Positions 37,251 through 47,390 of a stretch of 64,000 nucleotides of DNA are shown in pieces. The position numbers and the translations under genes were made by a program. Under the pieces are notes generated by a model that searched no databases, was not told the origin of the DNA, and saw only the letters and a program-made list of their open reading frames with translations. The DNA is from Promethearchaeota archaeon (GTDB lineage Archaea; Asgardarchaeota; Lokiarchaeia; Sigyniarchaeales; SOKP01): NCBI GenBank assembly GCA_019058445.1, contig JAHPZA010000009.1, positions 320,001-384,000 on the forward strand. The letters run 5' to 3'. Position 1 is the first letter of the stretch; each line of letters starts with the position of its first letter.

Positions 37251-38263
37251 AGGAGTAATTCAAATATATCTTTAGCTTTTGGATGAATTTTACATTGTTT
37301 ACTAAATCTGCGTAATATCCACCAGCAACTTACACAATAGGTCGTAGCAAAATCCACATTATCTCTGTCAAAATCTTCCATACGTTTTTTAGCAACAGCT
37401 TCAATAATATCTGTTCGATGCATATAGCCAAGTCCTCCTCCACAACACCAATGGGGAACATCTATTACATTGTAACCACTTTGTTTCAATATATTATCCA
37501 CATTCTCAGAAACATCATCTCGACCACGATTTATTAGTTGACAAAGATGCTGAACCTCAATTGACCCAGATTTTTTAGTTTTTGACGGTTTTAAATAATC
37601 TATAATATACTTAAAATCGACTTCTCCATCCATCTCTGGTTTATAATAGGTATTGAAGAGAAAATAACAAGCCGGACAAAGACAAATAACTTTTTTATAT
37701 TTTTTAAAAATTTCGATGTTTTCTTTTTTGCATGTTTCAAATTCTTCCATAGATCCCGAAGCAAACCATGGCCAGCCACAACAAATTTCTGTGTCCAAGA
37801 TGGTAAAATCAATATTTTGATTTAAGAGATACTGTAGAGAGTGCTCTGTATACCGGGGAATCCTGATTGTTGAGAGACAGCCCATAAAAAAAAGGGTATC
37901 AGACTCTTTTGGAATACCCTCAAGACGTTTTATTCTCATTTTATTAGTTGGATAGGGGGTTCGAAAGTTTCTGAAACATTCACGCATCTCTTCAAGACCC
38001 TCAACAGTGAGATCTTGAGAGAGAAATTTTTGCTTTAATTTTATGCGTTCCATTTCAGTTTCACACAACCCGCAATGGACACAATTATAGATCTTTAAAT
38101 AGTCATCCTGGGTAAATTCAATTTTATCAAGCTTATTGACCATTTCCTTAACTTCATCATCACTATAAAAATGTTGAGGATCAATCTCCTCAGTTGGATA
38201 TTTTTTTCTGCCTTTAGGATATTTTAAATAATCGCCCATAAAAATACTTACCCTATTTATCAT
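37247..38263 (-). CDS. CCG-domain (HdrB/HdrD/GlpC-like) Fe-S protein, paralog
   Basis: CVHCGLC, FMGC, ICCG, LCPAC, QHLC, WCCGGG, YCVSC; 4-nt overlap with the downstream paralog. Confidence 0.8.
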   Translation of the reverse strand: MINRVSIFMGDYLKYPKGRKKYPTEEIDPQHFYSDDEVKEMVNKLDKIEFTQDDYLKIYNCVHCGLCETEMERIKLKQKFLSQDLTVEGLEEMRECFRNFRTPYPTNKMRIKRLEGIPKESDTLFFMGCLSTIRIPRYTEHSLQYLLNQNIDFTILDTEICCGWPWFASGSMEEFETCKKENIEIFKKYKKVICLCPACYFLFNTYYKPEMDGEVDFKYIIDYLKPSKTKKSGSIEVQHLCQLINRGRDDVSENVDNILKQSGYNVIDVPHWCCGGGLGYMHRTDIIEAVAKKRMEDFDRDNVDFATTYCVSCWWILRRFSKQCKIHPKAKDIFELLL

Positions 38264-38308
38264 AAAAATGCGTTTATAATTAATAAAATAAAAAAAAAGA
38301 ATATTTCA

Positions 38309-38467
38309 TTATTTATCTTCTTTCAGTTTTACATCTGTTCTTTGTATGCCGACTTCTTTACTAGATGGTATAGCTGTGCCACAGTGGTCTTTTTTAGCCT
38401 CACCCTCTTTAAAGGCTTTATCCATTTCTTTCTCTAATTCATCTTCTGTCCATTCTTTATCAGTCAT
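38309..38467 (-). CDS. Small charged hypothetical protein (52 aa, single Cys in DHCG)
   Basis: MTDKEWTEDELEKEMDKAF...; ATG 38467 preferred because the upstream extension resembles translated intergenic DNA. Confidence 0.55.
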   Translation of the reverse strand: MTDKEWTEDELEKEMDKAFKEGEAKKDHCGTAIPSSKEVGIQRTDVKLKEDK

Positions 38468-38597
38468 AATATAAAATATCACACTCAAATAAATAAAAAT
38501 TAGGTTTATAAAATATTGAATAATCGTTAAAAAATGCAAATCCATCTTAAGAAAGAAAAATTGAAAATAAAAAGTAGTTAAAAATGGTATATTTTTA

Positions 38598-38966
38598 CTA
38601 TTGTTGATTTATGTATTCTAACGCAGCATTTTCCTTTTCAACAGGGCGTCTCTCAGGTACATTTATATATTCTTTTCCTATACTCTCATAATAATCTTTT
38701 CGCATATATAAATTACAATAACAAGCGCCAAACTCGGGAACATCCTTTTGAGCATAATCACATGGGCAGATTAAGTCTCTATCCAACTCTCGGTTCCCAC
38801 AAGCCAAACGGCAGGGACATGATTGGTAGCCCAAATTTTTCTTATTTTCTACGAGTCCGTCAATCAAATCATTTAATGTTTTTTGATCTTTGTTTAATAT
38901 CCATCCGTTCTTTTCGGCTACTTGTTTACAATACTGAAGCATTCCGTCTTTTGTTTCCATGTCCAT
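38598..38966 (-). CDS. Ferredoxin:thioredoxin reductase catalytic-subunit family protein
   Basis: CPCR...ICPC...CYC motif set and C-terminal PERR. Confidence 0.9.
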   Translation of the reverse strand: MDMETKDGMLQYCKQVAEKNGWILNKDQKTLNDLIDGLVENKKNLGYQSCPCRLACGNRELDRDLICPCDYAQKDVPEFGACYCNLYMRKDYYESIGKEYINVPERRPVEKENAALEYINQQ

Positions 38967-39298
38967 TATGTTTCCTCCCCTTGTTTCATTAATTCTTCAT
39001 ATTTATTCGGATCATATCCCACTACTACATCTTTTGCGTCGCACACCATATATGGATATGAAATTCGGTTTTGATAGTTAGTTCTTAAATAATCAAGTAT
39101 TTCGGATTTTTGAGATGTCTGTATTTTATCCACATCTACATAACGATATTTTATATTACGCCCGTTTAACCAAGCTTTACACTTTTTACACCACATGCAA
39201 GTACTGAGGGTGAATATAGTGATCTCTCTTTTTGCATTTTCTCCCTCAACTTGAACTGCTAAATTATCTATTAATTCTTCTGTCGTCATAAAAATCAT
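38966..39298 (-). CDS. Glutaredoxin/NrdH-like protein
   Basis: LSTCMWCKK, SYP, VVGY; stop/start overlap with the FTR-like gene. Confidence 0.88.
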   Translation of the reverse strand: MIFMTTEELIDNLAVQVEGENAKREITIFTLSTCMWCKKCKAWLNGRNIKYRYVDVDKIQTSQKSEILDYLRTNYQNRISYPYMVCDAKDVVVGYDPNKYEELMKQGEET

Positions 39299-39347
39299 AT
39301 TTTTTATAATTTAGATCTCTATTAAATTAAATTGTTTAATCTAATAT

Positions 39348-39797
39348 TTAGGATTTTTTAATATTACTTTTCCATTCTGGGTCTATACAGTTGAACGCTT
39401 CTTCTGTTAAGCTTCGAATCTCACTGTCGCAGGAATCTAATAATATTCCTAAATGTTCAAGTGCTCTCTTATCCCCTATTTTCATCAAGCTTTCGACGAT
39501 TAAGAAGATCCGCTGCATATCTTGCTGATCTTCTGGTAGTTCTAACTCTTTTTTTAAAACATCCACAATCAGCATGGTGGCTTTAACATCTTTAATTTCA
39601 CCCATCGCTTCAATAATGCGATTTATAACAATGGGATCTTTTTCCGATTTTAGAACTTTAGCCAAAGAATTAGTTGCTCTCTTATCTTTCAAGTATCCTA
39701 AGTGACTGGCCGCTGCTACCCTTTCCATAGTAGTTTCTCCATGAAATAATTTCTTTATCGTTTGATTAAATTCCACGTTTTTAGTTTCCCAATCCAT
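39348..39797 (-). CDS. HEAT/PBS-lyase-like repeat protein
   Basis: ERVAAASHLG...KRA...L, IIEAMGEI, L.KIGDKRAL..L. Confidence 0.8.
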   Translation of the reverse strand: MDWETKNVEFNQTIKKLFHGETTMERVAAASHLGYLKDKRATNSLAKVLKSEKDPIVINRIIEAMGEIKDVKATMLIVDVLKKELELPEDQQDMQRIFLIVESLMKIGDKRALEHLGILLDSCDSEIRSLTEEAFNCIDPEWKSNIKKS

Positions 39798-39986
39798 CTT
39801 AATAGAAAAAAGAGCCTTTAAACATTAGAACTTGATGTTTATAATTTATAGAATTTCATTGTTTTATGAAGTAATTCTAAAAGATAATAAGGAAAGTTTT
39901 TAATATTTTAATTTAGCACACATTTTTAACCTCGTTCTTTTATAATCTTATTAATTTTAAGTTCGATTTTAAATACTTTTAGGAAA

Positions 39987-41066
39987 TTGGAGATGTCTGA
40001 GAAAAATAATAACGCTATTAATGCTAACTCTCATCCAAAAGAAAAAATACTTTGTATATCTTATTTTGATCAGATAATAGGCCCAAATCAATTTTATTGT
40101 AAGGAGCCTTTAATTGACAATGAATATCCGAATTTAAATCGAATTCTCGAATTCAATGAAGAGCCAGGAAGTTTTATTTTTGCATTTCGGAAATATCAAA
40201 CTGTTAATCATATATTTACCATTGATTCTGAATATGCAAGAGGAGGTGAGGAGCTTTTGATGATCTCTTATATGATAAGAGCAGCCTACTTTCGAAATGA
40301 AATTGTTGATGTGTTTAAATATTTAGAAAGTAAAAAGCCCATCCTTGAGAATTATGCCGAAGAACTAAAAAAATTAAAGGAACTTCCTGAAATATTACAT
40401 AGTAAGAATAAATCTGGTTTAAAAGGAAATATTCTTGAAATAAGCTCAGAAAAATTCAAAAATAAATTTCTAAAATTGTACCAAAAATATTTTCAAGAAC
40501 TTTCACCTAAGTTCGAACTTGAATCTCCAGTTCAACTTCAAAAAATTCCAAAAAAGATATTTATTCTTGGTGAGAGAAATACCGGAAAAACGGCTTTCTT
40601 GAGTAGTGTGGAGGATATTCAATTCCACAATCAGATAAACAATGACTTACCCACAATGATTTATGAGCTGTTAATAGATAATCTCACTATCTTAACCTAC
40701 GATTGTATTGAACAAAATTTTGATTGTGATCGGTGTAAAAACTACGGTGGATGCATTAAAAATGCCCAAGGCTTTATAGTAATGCTTAATGCGAGTGATA
40801 AAAATTCTATTGCTGGTAGTATAGAGAAGTTTCAAAAAATAGTAAAAAAATGCGAGGAAATTGAGAACAAAAAAATACCGATTGTAATAATTGGAAATTT
40901 ATTTAATGATAAAGAAGAAATTGATTCAGACTGCATATATAATATGTTTAATTTGAAAGAGCTAAAGGAATGTGGTATGAAAATCAAATATTATGCAATA
41001 AATGTTTTAAATGACAATGACACGATAATGAAAGCGCTAAGATGGCTTGTTCGGCACATGATTTAA
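39987..41066 (+). CDS. Fusion of an N-terminal longin/uDENN-like domain and a degenerate small GTPase domain
   Basis: ILCISYFDQIIGP at the N-terminus; C-terminal KIFILGERNTGKT, AQGFIVM, IPIVIIGN. Confidence 0.65.
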   Translation: MEMSEKNNNAINANSHPKEKILCISYFDQIIGPNQFYCKEPLIDNEYPNLNRILEFNEEPGSFIFAFRKYQTVNHIFTIDSEYARGGEELLMISYMIRAAYFRNEIVDVFKYLESKKPILENYAEELKKLKELPEILHSKNKSGLKGNILEISSEKFKNKFLKLYQKYFQELSPKFELESPVQLQKIPKKIFILGERNTGKTAFLSSVEDIQFHNQINNDLPTMIYELLIDNLTILTYDCIEQNFDCDRCKNYGGCIKNAQGFIVMLNASDKNSIAGSIEKFQKIVKKCEEIENKKIPIVIIGNLFNDKEEIDSDCIYNMFNLKELKECGMKIKYYAINVLNDNDTIMKALRWLVRHMI

Positions 41067-41183
41067 TTACTTATATATAAAAATATTTCTCCTTTCCTTG
41101 AGGCTCTTGACATAAAAAAAAGATAAAAATAGTAGATTAGTTTAATCAATATATTAAGAGACTCGAAATAATTTTATTAAATA

Positions 41184-42278
41184 TTATATTTTAGTCATTT
41201 CTTTTTTTCTTTCTAAAATTGCTGAATATAATTGTTCTTTTGTTTCGAAAGGAATATCTATTTTTTCCTTTTTATTAAGCTGAATTGCATTTACTGGGCA
41301 AGTAGGAACACAGTTTCCACAACCAATACATTTTTTTTTATTTAATTTTGCAATTCCTTTACGCAATTTTATGGCATTCATCTGACAACGATCTACACAA
41401 GTTCCGCACCCCTGACATAATTCAAGATCTATTTCTGCTTGAAATGTACTAGATAACAACTTTGCAGGTTGAGGAAGGATTTTACAATTTGAAAGCATTC
41501 CACAACAGCACCCGCAACAGCTGCAAATAAATTCTGGATTTATTGTATTAAAGGCTTGTAAAACCAAGCCTTCTTCCTCGTTTTTTTGAATTATTTGAAG
41601 AGCTTCCTCTTTACTCACTTCACGCCCCCACCCCTGATCATTATATAACTGAGCCATATCTCCAAATCCAATACATGTTTCAAGTCTAGAAGTCATTTTA
41701 CACGACTCTCCAATCATTTTCTTTCCTTGACGGCATATACATTCAGCTACGCCTATTGGACCTTTAGTGTTTTCAATTATTTTTCTTAGTTCATCATATG
41801 TTGGTATATAATGTTCAGGAGTTATACTTTTTTCAACTGGAACTGTCCGAAATTGTGAAATTTGTGTACCAAATACTTCATTCATAAATGGCCCATAAGC
41901 ATAAGACCAAAAATCATTGTAAAATTCTTCAGTGAGTTTATTTATTTGATATTCATACATTCCAATTAAGAGGTAAGCATTAGCATAATATCTTTTACCG
42001 TTAATAGTTTTATAATGGATAGCTCCCTTTTTAACCATTTTGTCTAGAACGTGTGTTAGATCATGAACAGATATCTCTATGTCATTAACTCGCTCATAAA
42101 TTATCTCTGAAGGTTCATACGAATCGCTTAACTTGCATGCAATTTTTGCTTCATCTGGGGAAAATAAATGTTTTAATAATTCTATTTCAATCCCTGATTC
42201 TGTAGGAGGGAATCCGATTGGGAATTTATCCAGATGTTTTTGTAATTTTCTATAAATATCAGATTGAGCCTCATTCAT
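41184..42278 (-). CDS. wHTH plus Cys-rich plus 4Fe-4S dicluster protein
   Basis: CICR, ICSCCGCCC, CQGCGTCVDRC, CIGCGNCVPTCP. Confidence 0.85.
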   Translation of the reverse strand: MNEAQSDIYRKLQKHLDKFPIGFPPTESGIEIELLKHLFSPDEAKIACKLSDSYEPSEIIYERVNDIEISVHDLTHVLDKMVKKGAIHYKTINGKRYYANAYLLIGMYEYQINKLTEEFYNDFWSYAYGPFMNEVFGTQISQFRTVPVEKSITPEHYIPTYDELRKIIENTKGPIGVAECICRQGKKMIGESCKMTSRLETCIGFGDMAQLYNDQGWGREVSKEEALQIIQKNEEEGLVLQAFNTINPEFICSCCGCCCGMLSNCKILPQPAKLLSSTFQAEIDLELCQGCGTCVDRCQMNAIKLRKGIAKLNKKKCIGCGNCVPTCPVNAIQLNKKEKIDIPFETKEQLYSAILERKKEMTKI

Positions 42279-42307
42279 TTTCTACTCATCTCAGTTTCTT
42301 TAATTTA

Positions 42308-43426
42308 TTATTTCATTATTTCTGCGGGTTTCTCAATTCTAGGAATCAATACTACAACTTCTCTTGGCCCTGTTCTTTTTAATTCAAGAGCTTCTTGAGG
42401 ACAATGATAAGCGCATATTCCACAGCCAATGCATCTTGTCTTATTGATTTCTAATAATTCATTTATTAAGTCTAATGCTTCCATAGGACATTTTTTTACG
42501 CATGTTTGACAGCCTACACAGAGTTCTTCATTCAATGACACTTCATAAGATGTTAATGCCTTCATTGGTAAATTACCCTCATAAAGACTGTGAAAAACTT
42601 CACAGCAACATTTACAGCAATTGCATATAGCAAATTCATCATTATTAGTATCTTGATAGGAATGAAAAGTTCTATGAACAAGACCTAAATCCTCTGCTTC
42701 CTTTAATAATTTAATTGCTTCATCTTTAGAAATTTCCTCAGCAAAATGATAATCTATATAAAATTGAGCAACTCTTCCAAAGAATAAACAATTTTTTTTT
42801 GGTGCTGCAATCTTGCATGGATCATTTAAGAGCTCTCTATGGTGCCTGCAATAGCAATTAGATACAGAAATAACATCAAATTTTTTGACTATCTGAGATG
42901 CAATTTCTAAAGGTAAAATTAATTCCTCAGGAGTTTCCATTTTTTCTTCTACTGGAACAATCCGATATATTGGTGTAGTTTGCTCAAATAATTTCATAGT
43001 AGTATCATAGTTCTTTTGATATCCCTCTCCAATATCTTGGAAATAAGCTTCAAAAAGTTGTGCTAATATCGTTTGCTTTTCCCCCGATTCTCCCTTCATA
43101 AATTGCATCTCAAAAATACCCGGTACAGGTCCTAATAAATAATATACCATAACACCTGTACTTCTACTTGGTGTGGCTATCATTACGCCATTTTTTACCA
43201 TTTGTTCTACTAATTTAAGAACCGTTTGCTTATCTAACTTTGAATTTGATATTAATTGATCTAAATTCATTGAACGCTTTTTAAATAATAGAATAATTTT
43301 TGCTTGCTCCTCAGTAAATAACAACTTAATAATTTTAATTAATGATTCGCTAACTGGAAAGGGTACTCCTCCTGATTTAATAAGCTTTCTTGCTACTTTA
43401 TACCATAATTTATTGTCATCTGACAA
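42308..43426 (-). CDS. wHTH plus Cys-rich plus 4Fe-4S dicluster protein (paralog)
   Basis: CYCR, ICNCCKCCC, CVGCQTCVKKCP, CIGCGICAYHCP. TTG 43426 (MSDDNKLW) chosen as start by alignment to the paralog and an upstream GAGGT. Confidence 0.85.
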   Translation of the reverse strand: MSDDNKLWYKVARKLIKSGGVPFPVSESLIKIIKLLFTEEQAKIILLFKKRSMNLDQLISNSKLDKQTVLKLVEQMVKNGVMIATPSRSTGVMVYYLLGPVPGIFEMQFMKGESGEKQTILAQLFEAYFQDIGEGYQKNYDTTMKLFEQTTPIYRIVPVEEKMETPEELILPLEIASQIVKKFDVISVSNCYCRHHRELLNDPCKIAAPKKNCLFFGRVAQFYIDYHFAEEISKDEAIKLLKEAEDLGLVHRTFHSYQDTNNDEFAICNCCKCCCEVFHSLYEGNLPMKALTSYEVSLNEELCVGCQTCVKKCPMEALDLINELLEINKTRCIGCGICAYHCPQEALELKRTGPREVVVLIPRIEKPAEIMK

Positions 43427-43471
43427 TTTTTTCGACCTCATTAGATATATTATTGTTATGGTGACAGAACA

Positions 43472-43505
43472 ATCGCACACTTATAAATGTTATTGTGTGA
43501 TCACA
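43472..43505. promoter_or_regulatory. Palindromic site(s) in the divergent Fe-S protein/TrmB-like intergenic region
   Basis: Perfect palindrome TGTGATCACA at 43496-43505, plus an imperfect inverted pair ATCGCACA/TGTGTGAT. Confidence 0.4.
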
Positions 43506-43545
43506 TCAGAACATATTTAAATAATTGATATAACATGGTATATAT

Positions 43546-44538
43546 ATGGTTAGAAAAAAAATAGAAAATGAAATTTTATCAGCACTCAAAGATGCTGGTC
43601 TTAACAATGAGGAATCCATTATTTATTATACATTAATAAAATATGGTAAAAAGGGAGCAACAGTCAGAAAAGTAAATCTTGAATTAAAGCAAATTGAGAG
43701 GACTACGATTTATCATATTCTAGAAAGATTAATTAAAAAGGAATTTGTCATTGCAAAGGAATCAGCAGAAACTCTAAAAAAAGCGAAAATATTTATTGGT
43801 TTAGAACCATCTAATTTTTTTAACAAAATGTTAACCCAAAAAAAGAAAGAATACCAGGATTTTGAAAAAAACGCACCCCTCTTTTTAGAACGTTTACAAC
43901 AAATATATGAACTTGAGGAAGAATACGCAATTCAAAATATAAATCCCTTTATTCAACCTTATTTAAGTCTGCTATTAAAAAATGGATGGAAAATATCAAA
44001 TCAAATTGTAGAAAAAAAATCAAAAATATTTGGATATGACTTTTATGATTATCATGTTGATCCTCCTTCTACAGGACCTTATACGGGATATGGGGGATTT
44101 CATATTTATGTATTTGATCATTTTATAGATTTTAGTAGTGAAAATAAAAAAGAAGTTGATTCAGATAAGAATAATTTATTTGGTGGAAAGATCAAAGAAT
44201 CTCCTTTGAAGAACCCATTACTATTACCTTATTCTAATACTGAGTTACAATTCGCTGTTTTGCAAATAAAGAGGATCGTAAAAGAGAGATTTTTAAAAGA
44301 ATTCAAAATAAGAAATGTAATGATTAAAGAAAGTGAAATCACTCTTTTAGGTATGATTTTTTCATCATTAATAGTCAAAATTAAATCCGAAAAAGATACC
44401 AAATTTAGAGAAGCATTTAATTCAGTATTATTACCAATTGAAAACAAGTGTTATTTCATTTGGGCAGTAAAACCAAAGGTAATCCTAGAATTGCTAAAGA
44501 GTGTTTTAAGAGTAGAAAATATTCCATTTAATGAATAA
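43546..44538 (+). CDS. TrmB-family HTH regulator with uncharacterised C-terminal domain
   Basis: LKDAGLNNEESIIYYTLI...IERTTIYHILERLIKK. Confidence 0.75.
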   Translation: MVRKKIENEILSALKDAGLNNEESIIYYTLIKYGKKGATVRKVNLELKQIERTTIYHILERLIKKEFVIAKESAETLKKAKIFIGLEPSNFFNKMLTQKKKEYQDFEKNAPLFLERLQQIYELEEEYAIQNINPFIQPYLSLLLKNGWKISNQIVEKKSKIFGYDFYDYHVDPPSTGPYTGYGGFHIYVFDHFIDFSSENKKEVDSDKNNLFGGKIKESPLKNPLLLPYSNTELQFAVLQIKRIVKERFLKEFKIRNVMIKESEITLLGMIFSSLIVKIKSEKDTKFREAFNSVLLPIENKCYFIWAVKPKVILELLKSVLRVENIPFNE

Positions 44539-44711
44539 GACAGGGTAAATATACATTGCAAATGTTAGACTGGAGTAAAGGCTCGTTCGACACATGAATT
44601 AATTATTAATATAACATAGAAAAATAAGACGATTTTATTTTCATTTAATAAAAAACGAATCGAATTCATTTATAATTTAGAGAATAAAAGTTTTTTATTG
44701 TTCTCAGCTAC

Positions 44712-45032
44712 TTGTTATATATGAGTGATATTCAACTACCTATCATAATTACAAAATCCGATTGCCACAGGTGCAAAGAACTGAAGGAATGGATGAAAGA
44801 GAACGAGCTTCCTTATGTTGAAAAGGATATAGATGATGAGGAATTTGTACAGCAATTACTTCATGACTCCAACTTTGTTGGGATGTTCTGCGACAAAGAG
44901 GGATGTGTGGTTAATACGCCGGTTGTAATGTATAAAGGTAAATATATCTTTAATAAGTTATGGGGAATTGATGGTTTAAGAAAGAAAGAAGCCCAGAAGC
45001 TGTTTAAAGATTTATTTAAACTAAAGAAATAA
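44712..45032 (+). CDS. Glutaredoxin-like protein
   Basis: TKSDCHRCKELK, TPVV; extra CDKEGC pair. Confidence 0.75.
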   Translation: MLYMSDIQLPIIITKSDCHRCKELKEWMKENELPYVEKDIDDEEFVQQLLHDSNFVGMFCDKEGCVVNTPVVMYKGKYIFNKLWGIDGLRKKEAQKLFKDLFKLKK

Positions 45033-45135
45033 TAATATTTTTTATTTTCTTTTTTCATAGAGGGTGGCGCTCTATTTCTTAAATTTTAAGAATATAAGGA
45101 ATTATGAATTTTGAGCTTAATTATTAAAAAAAGAG

Positions 45136-46008
45136 CTATTGAGGTTCTTCTTCTTTAAAGAATTTCGAAGGTCCATAAAAAATGATTAAAATAATTACAA
45201 GGACCCATACTAAAATAACGCTTACAGTCATGCTTTCAAGAGAAAACCAAAGATTAAATAATGTAGCAAAGGTATTTGTGATAGCATGAAACACAAGAAC
45301 AATAAATACATTAGAGTTGGAATTGGAATACAACCATGTATAAATAAAAGTTAAACCAATTGTAATTATAATAAAATTCACAAGAAATAATGGTCCTAAT
45401 CTATTCAAATCTGCATTTTGACCTACACCTGTAATAAAGAACATGGGTAAGTGCCATAAAGCCCATAATATACCTAAAATAAGACTTGTTTTTAATGCAT
45501 TCCATCGATCTAAAAGGGGATTTAAAACGTATCCCCTCCATCCAAATTCTTCTCCTAAAGCAAAAGCAAACATAAATACAAAAAGAAAAATTGCTATTCC
45601 AAGAATAGAGAATAAGGTAACATTATCAACTTGTTGAGATCCTGGGATTGGGAGCGGAGAACCTAATAATGCAAAAATTAACCAAATTATTATTGCTAAC
45701 ATTGAAAGAGGTAATATTGCAGCTAAATACCATATTAATTTTGGTTGAGTGACGTTAAATCCGCTATGTAATAATTTTTTTGCTCCATCTTTCCCCTCAT
45801 ACTTATATATCATAATAAAACTTGCTATAGTGGGGCCAAAAATCCTTAAATATCCAATATAAATCCAAAGATCGACAATGTCTTGCGATGTATTTATTAT
45901 ACCTATGGAAATTAATAATGAGGGTAACCATATTAACCAAGAAATTCCATATGCTAAGATAAAATACCCAAAGATAGGTCTGTTTATTTTTGTGTTTGAT
46001 TTTCCCAT
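45136..46008 (-). CDS. CPBP/Abi (type II CAAX) intramembrane protease
   Basis: EEFGWRG, WALWHLP, FHAITN. Confidence 0.92.
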   Translation of the reverse strand: MGKSNTKINRPIFGYFILAYGISWLIWLPSLLISIGIINTSQDIVDLWIYIGYLRIFGPTIASFIMIYKYEGKDGAKKLLHSGFNVTQPKLIWYLAAILPLSMLAIIIWLIFALLGSPLPIPGSQQVDNVTLFSILGIAIFLFVFMFAFALGEEFGWRGYVLNPLLDRWNALKTSLILGILWALWHLPMFFITGVGQNADLNRLGPLFLVNFIIITIGLTFIYTWLYSNSNSNVFIVLVFHAITNTFATLFNLWFSLESMTVSVILVWVLVIILIIFYGPSKFFKEEEPQ

Positions 46009-46109
46009 AATAAATCCTTCATAATTGTATCTTCTAAGATAAAAATGACAATATAAATTTAAATATTTTATAAAAAGAGGAATAAAATACCATTAAATAG
46101 ATTATTGAA

Positions 46110-47213
46110 CTATACATCCACTCTAGGTGGGGGAATAAAAACAGTTCTAAGACCTGTTCTATTCAAGTTCATTGCTTCTTCGGGGCAGTGGTGGGCACAG
46201 ACACCACATCCAATACATCTTTCCTCGTTTACAACGGCAAGAGTATCTTCTAATCCAATTGCTTCCATAGGGCATTTTTCGACGCAAGTACCGCATCCTA
46301 TGCAATTCTCTTCATTAACTTTTGCTAAATAAGAAGTTAATGTGTTTATTGGTGCTAATCCGCGATGATACAATTCTAAAGTGCCACAGCAGCATTTACA
46401 ACAACTGCAAATAGAAAATTCGTTATATTCTGGATCGTCCATATCGTGAAATGTAGTGTGAACATATCCATTTTCTTCAGCTTCTTTGAGCATTTTTAAT
46501 GCTTTATCTTTGGAAATAGGCTTAGCAAAGTCATGTTCTATTAAGAATTTGCCATGTTTACCTAATAATAAGCAATCTCCCCCTGGAGCATCCATTTTAC
46601 AAGGGTCTCCAACAAGTTTCTGCTTATGTCTACAATAGCAAGTTCCAACACCGTAAACATCATATTTTTCTACTATTTTAGTTACTTCTTCGAACGGTAA
46701 GACTGTTTGTTGTTTTACATCAACGTATTCCTCAATAGGGACGATACGGGTGCCGGGTTTTTGATTTTTGAATTCAGATACGAATGTATCATAATTTTTT
46801 TGAACCACCTGCTTCAAGTCGTTAAATAATTTCTCGTATAAATGTGCTATCTTTTTATCTTTTTCACTCGTACCACCGCGGTAAAATGTACGTTCGAATA
46901 TTCCCGCATAAGTCCCTATAAAGGGATTAAGGTGATACTCCATGATACCGGTATTTTCATTAGGTAAAGCAGTAATAAAACCCTCATACATTAGATCATT
47001 TAGCATTTTTTCTAATTCATTGTCATCCAAGTCTGTTTTTTGTTTTATTTGATCAATGGTAAGTATAGGCTTCCTAAATACATGAAGAAATTTGGCTTGT
47101 TCCTCGGTAATTAAAGTTTGTAAAATTTCGACAAGAGTGGGGTGATAAGGGATTGCTTCTCCTCCTGCCTTTTGAATTAGGCGTATAAGTTTTGACCATA
47201 TCTTTTCGGACAT
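46110..47213 (-). CDS. wHTH plus Cys-rich plus 4Fe-4S dicluster protein (third paralog)
   Basis: CYCRH, ICSCCKCCC, CIGCGTCVEKCP, CIGCGVCAHHCP. Confidence 0.85.
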   Translation of the reverse strand: MSEKIWSKLIRLIQKAGGEAIPYHPTLVEILQTLITEEQAKFLHVFRKPILTIDQIKQKTDLDDNELEKMLNDLMYEGFITALPNENTGIMEYHLNPFIGTYAGIFERTFYRGGTSEKDKKIAHLYEKLFNDLKQVVQKNYDTFVSEFKNQKPGTRIVPIEEYVDVKQQTVLPFEEVTKIVEKYDVYGVGTCYCRHKQKLVGDPCKMDAPGGDCLLLGKHGKFLIEHDFAKPISKDKALKMLKEAEENGYVHTTFHDMDDPEYNEFSICSCCKCCCGTLELYHRGLAPINTLTSYLAKVNEENCIGCGTCVEKCPMEAIGLEDTLAVVNEERCIGCGVCAHHCPEEAMNLNRTGLRTVFIPPPRVDV

Positions 47214-47390
47214 TGTTTACTCACATTTTTTATTATTGGTCTATATTTATGTGGATTTAAATTTTAATAAAGTTACGACATCAAATTATATAAAATTGAG
47301 TAAGGTGGATAAAACAATTACATGATATTTTCAATTATATTAAAAACAGATGAGTATGCCATTAAAAAATATAAAAATAAAAAGAAATAA

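Noticed and set aside
44540-44600. GC-richer intergenic patch containing GTTCGA, resembling a tRNA T-loop
   Set aside because: No T-stem or acceptor pairing surrounds it and no cloverleaf can be built.
45057-45075. Hairpin ATAGAG-N7-CTCTAT between convergent genes
   Set aside because: A 6-bp stem is expected by chance, and the adjacent T-tracts suffice as archaeal terminators.
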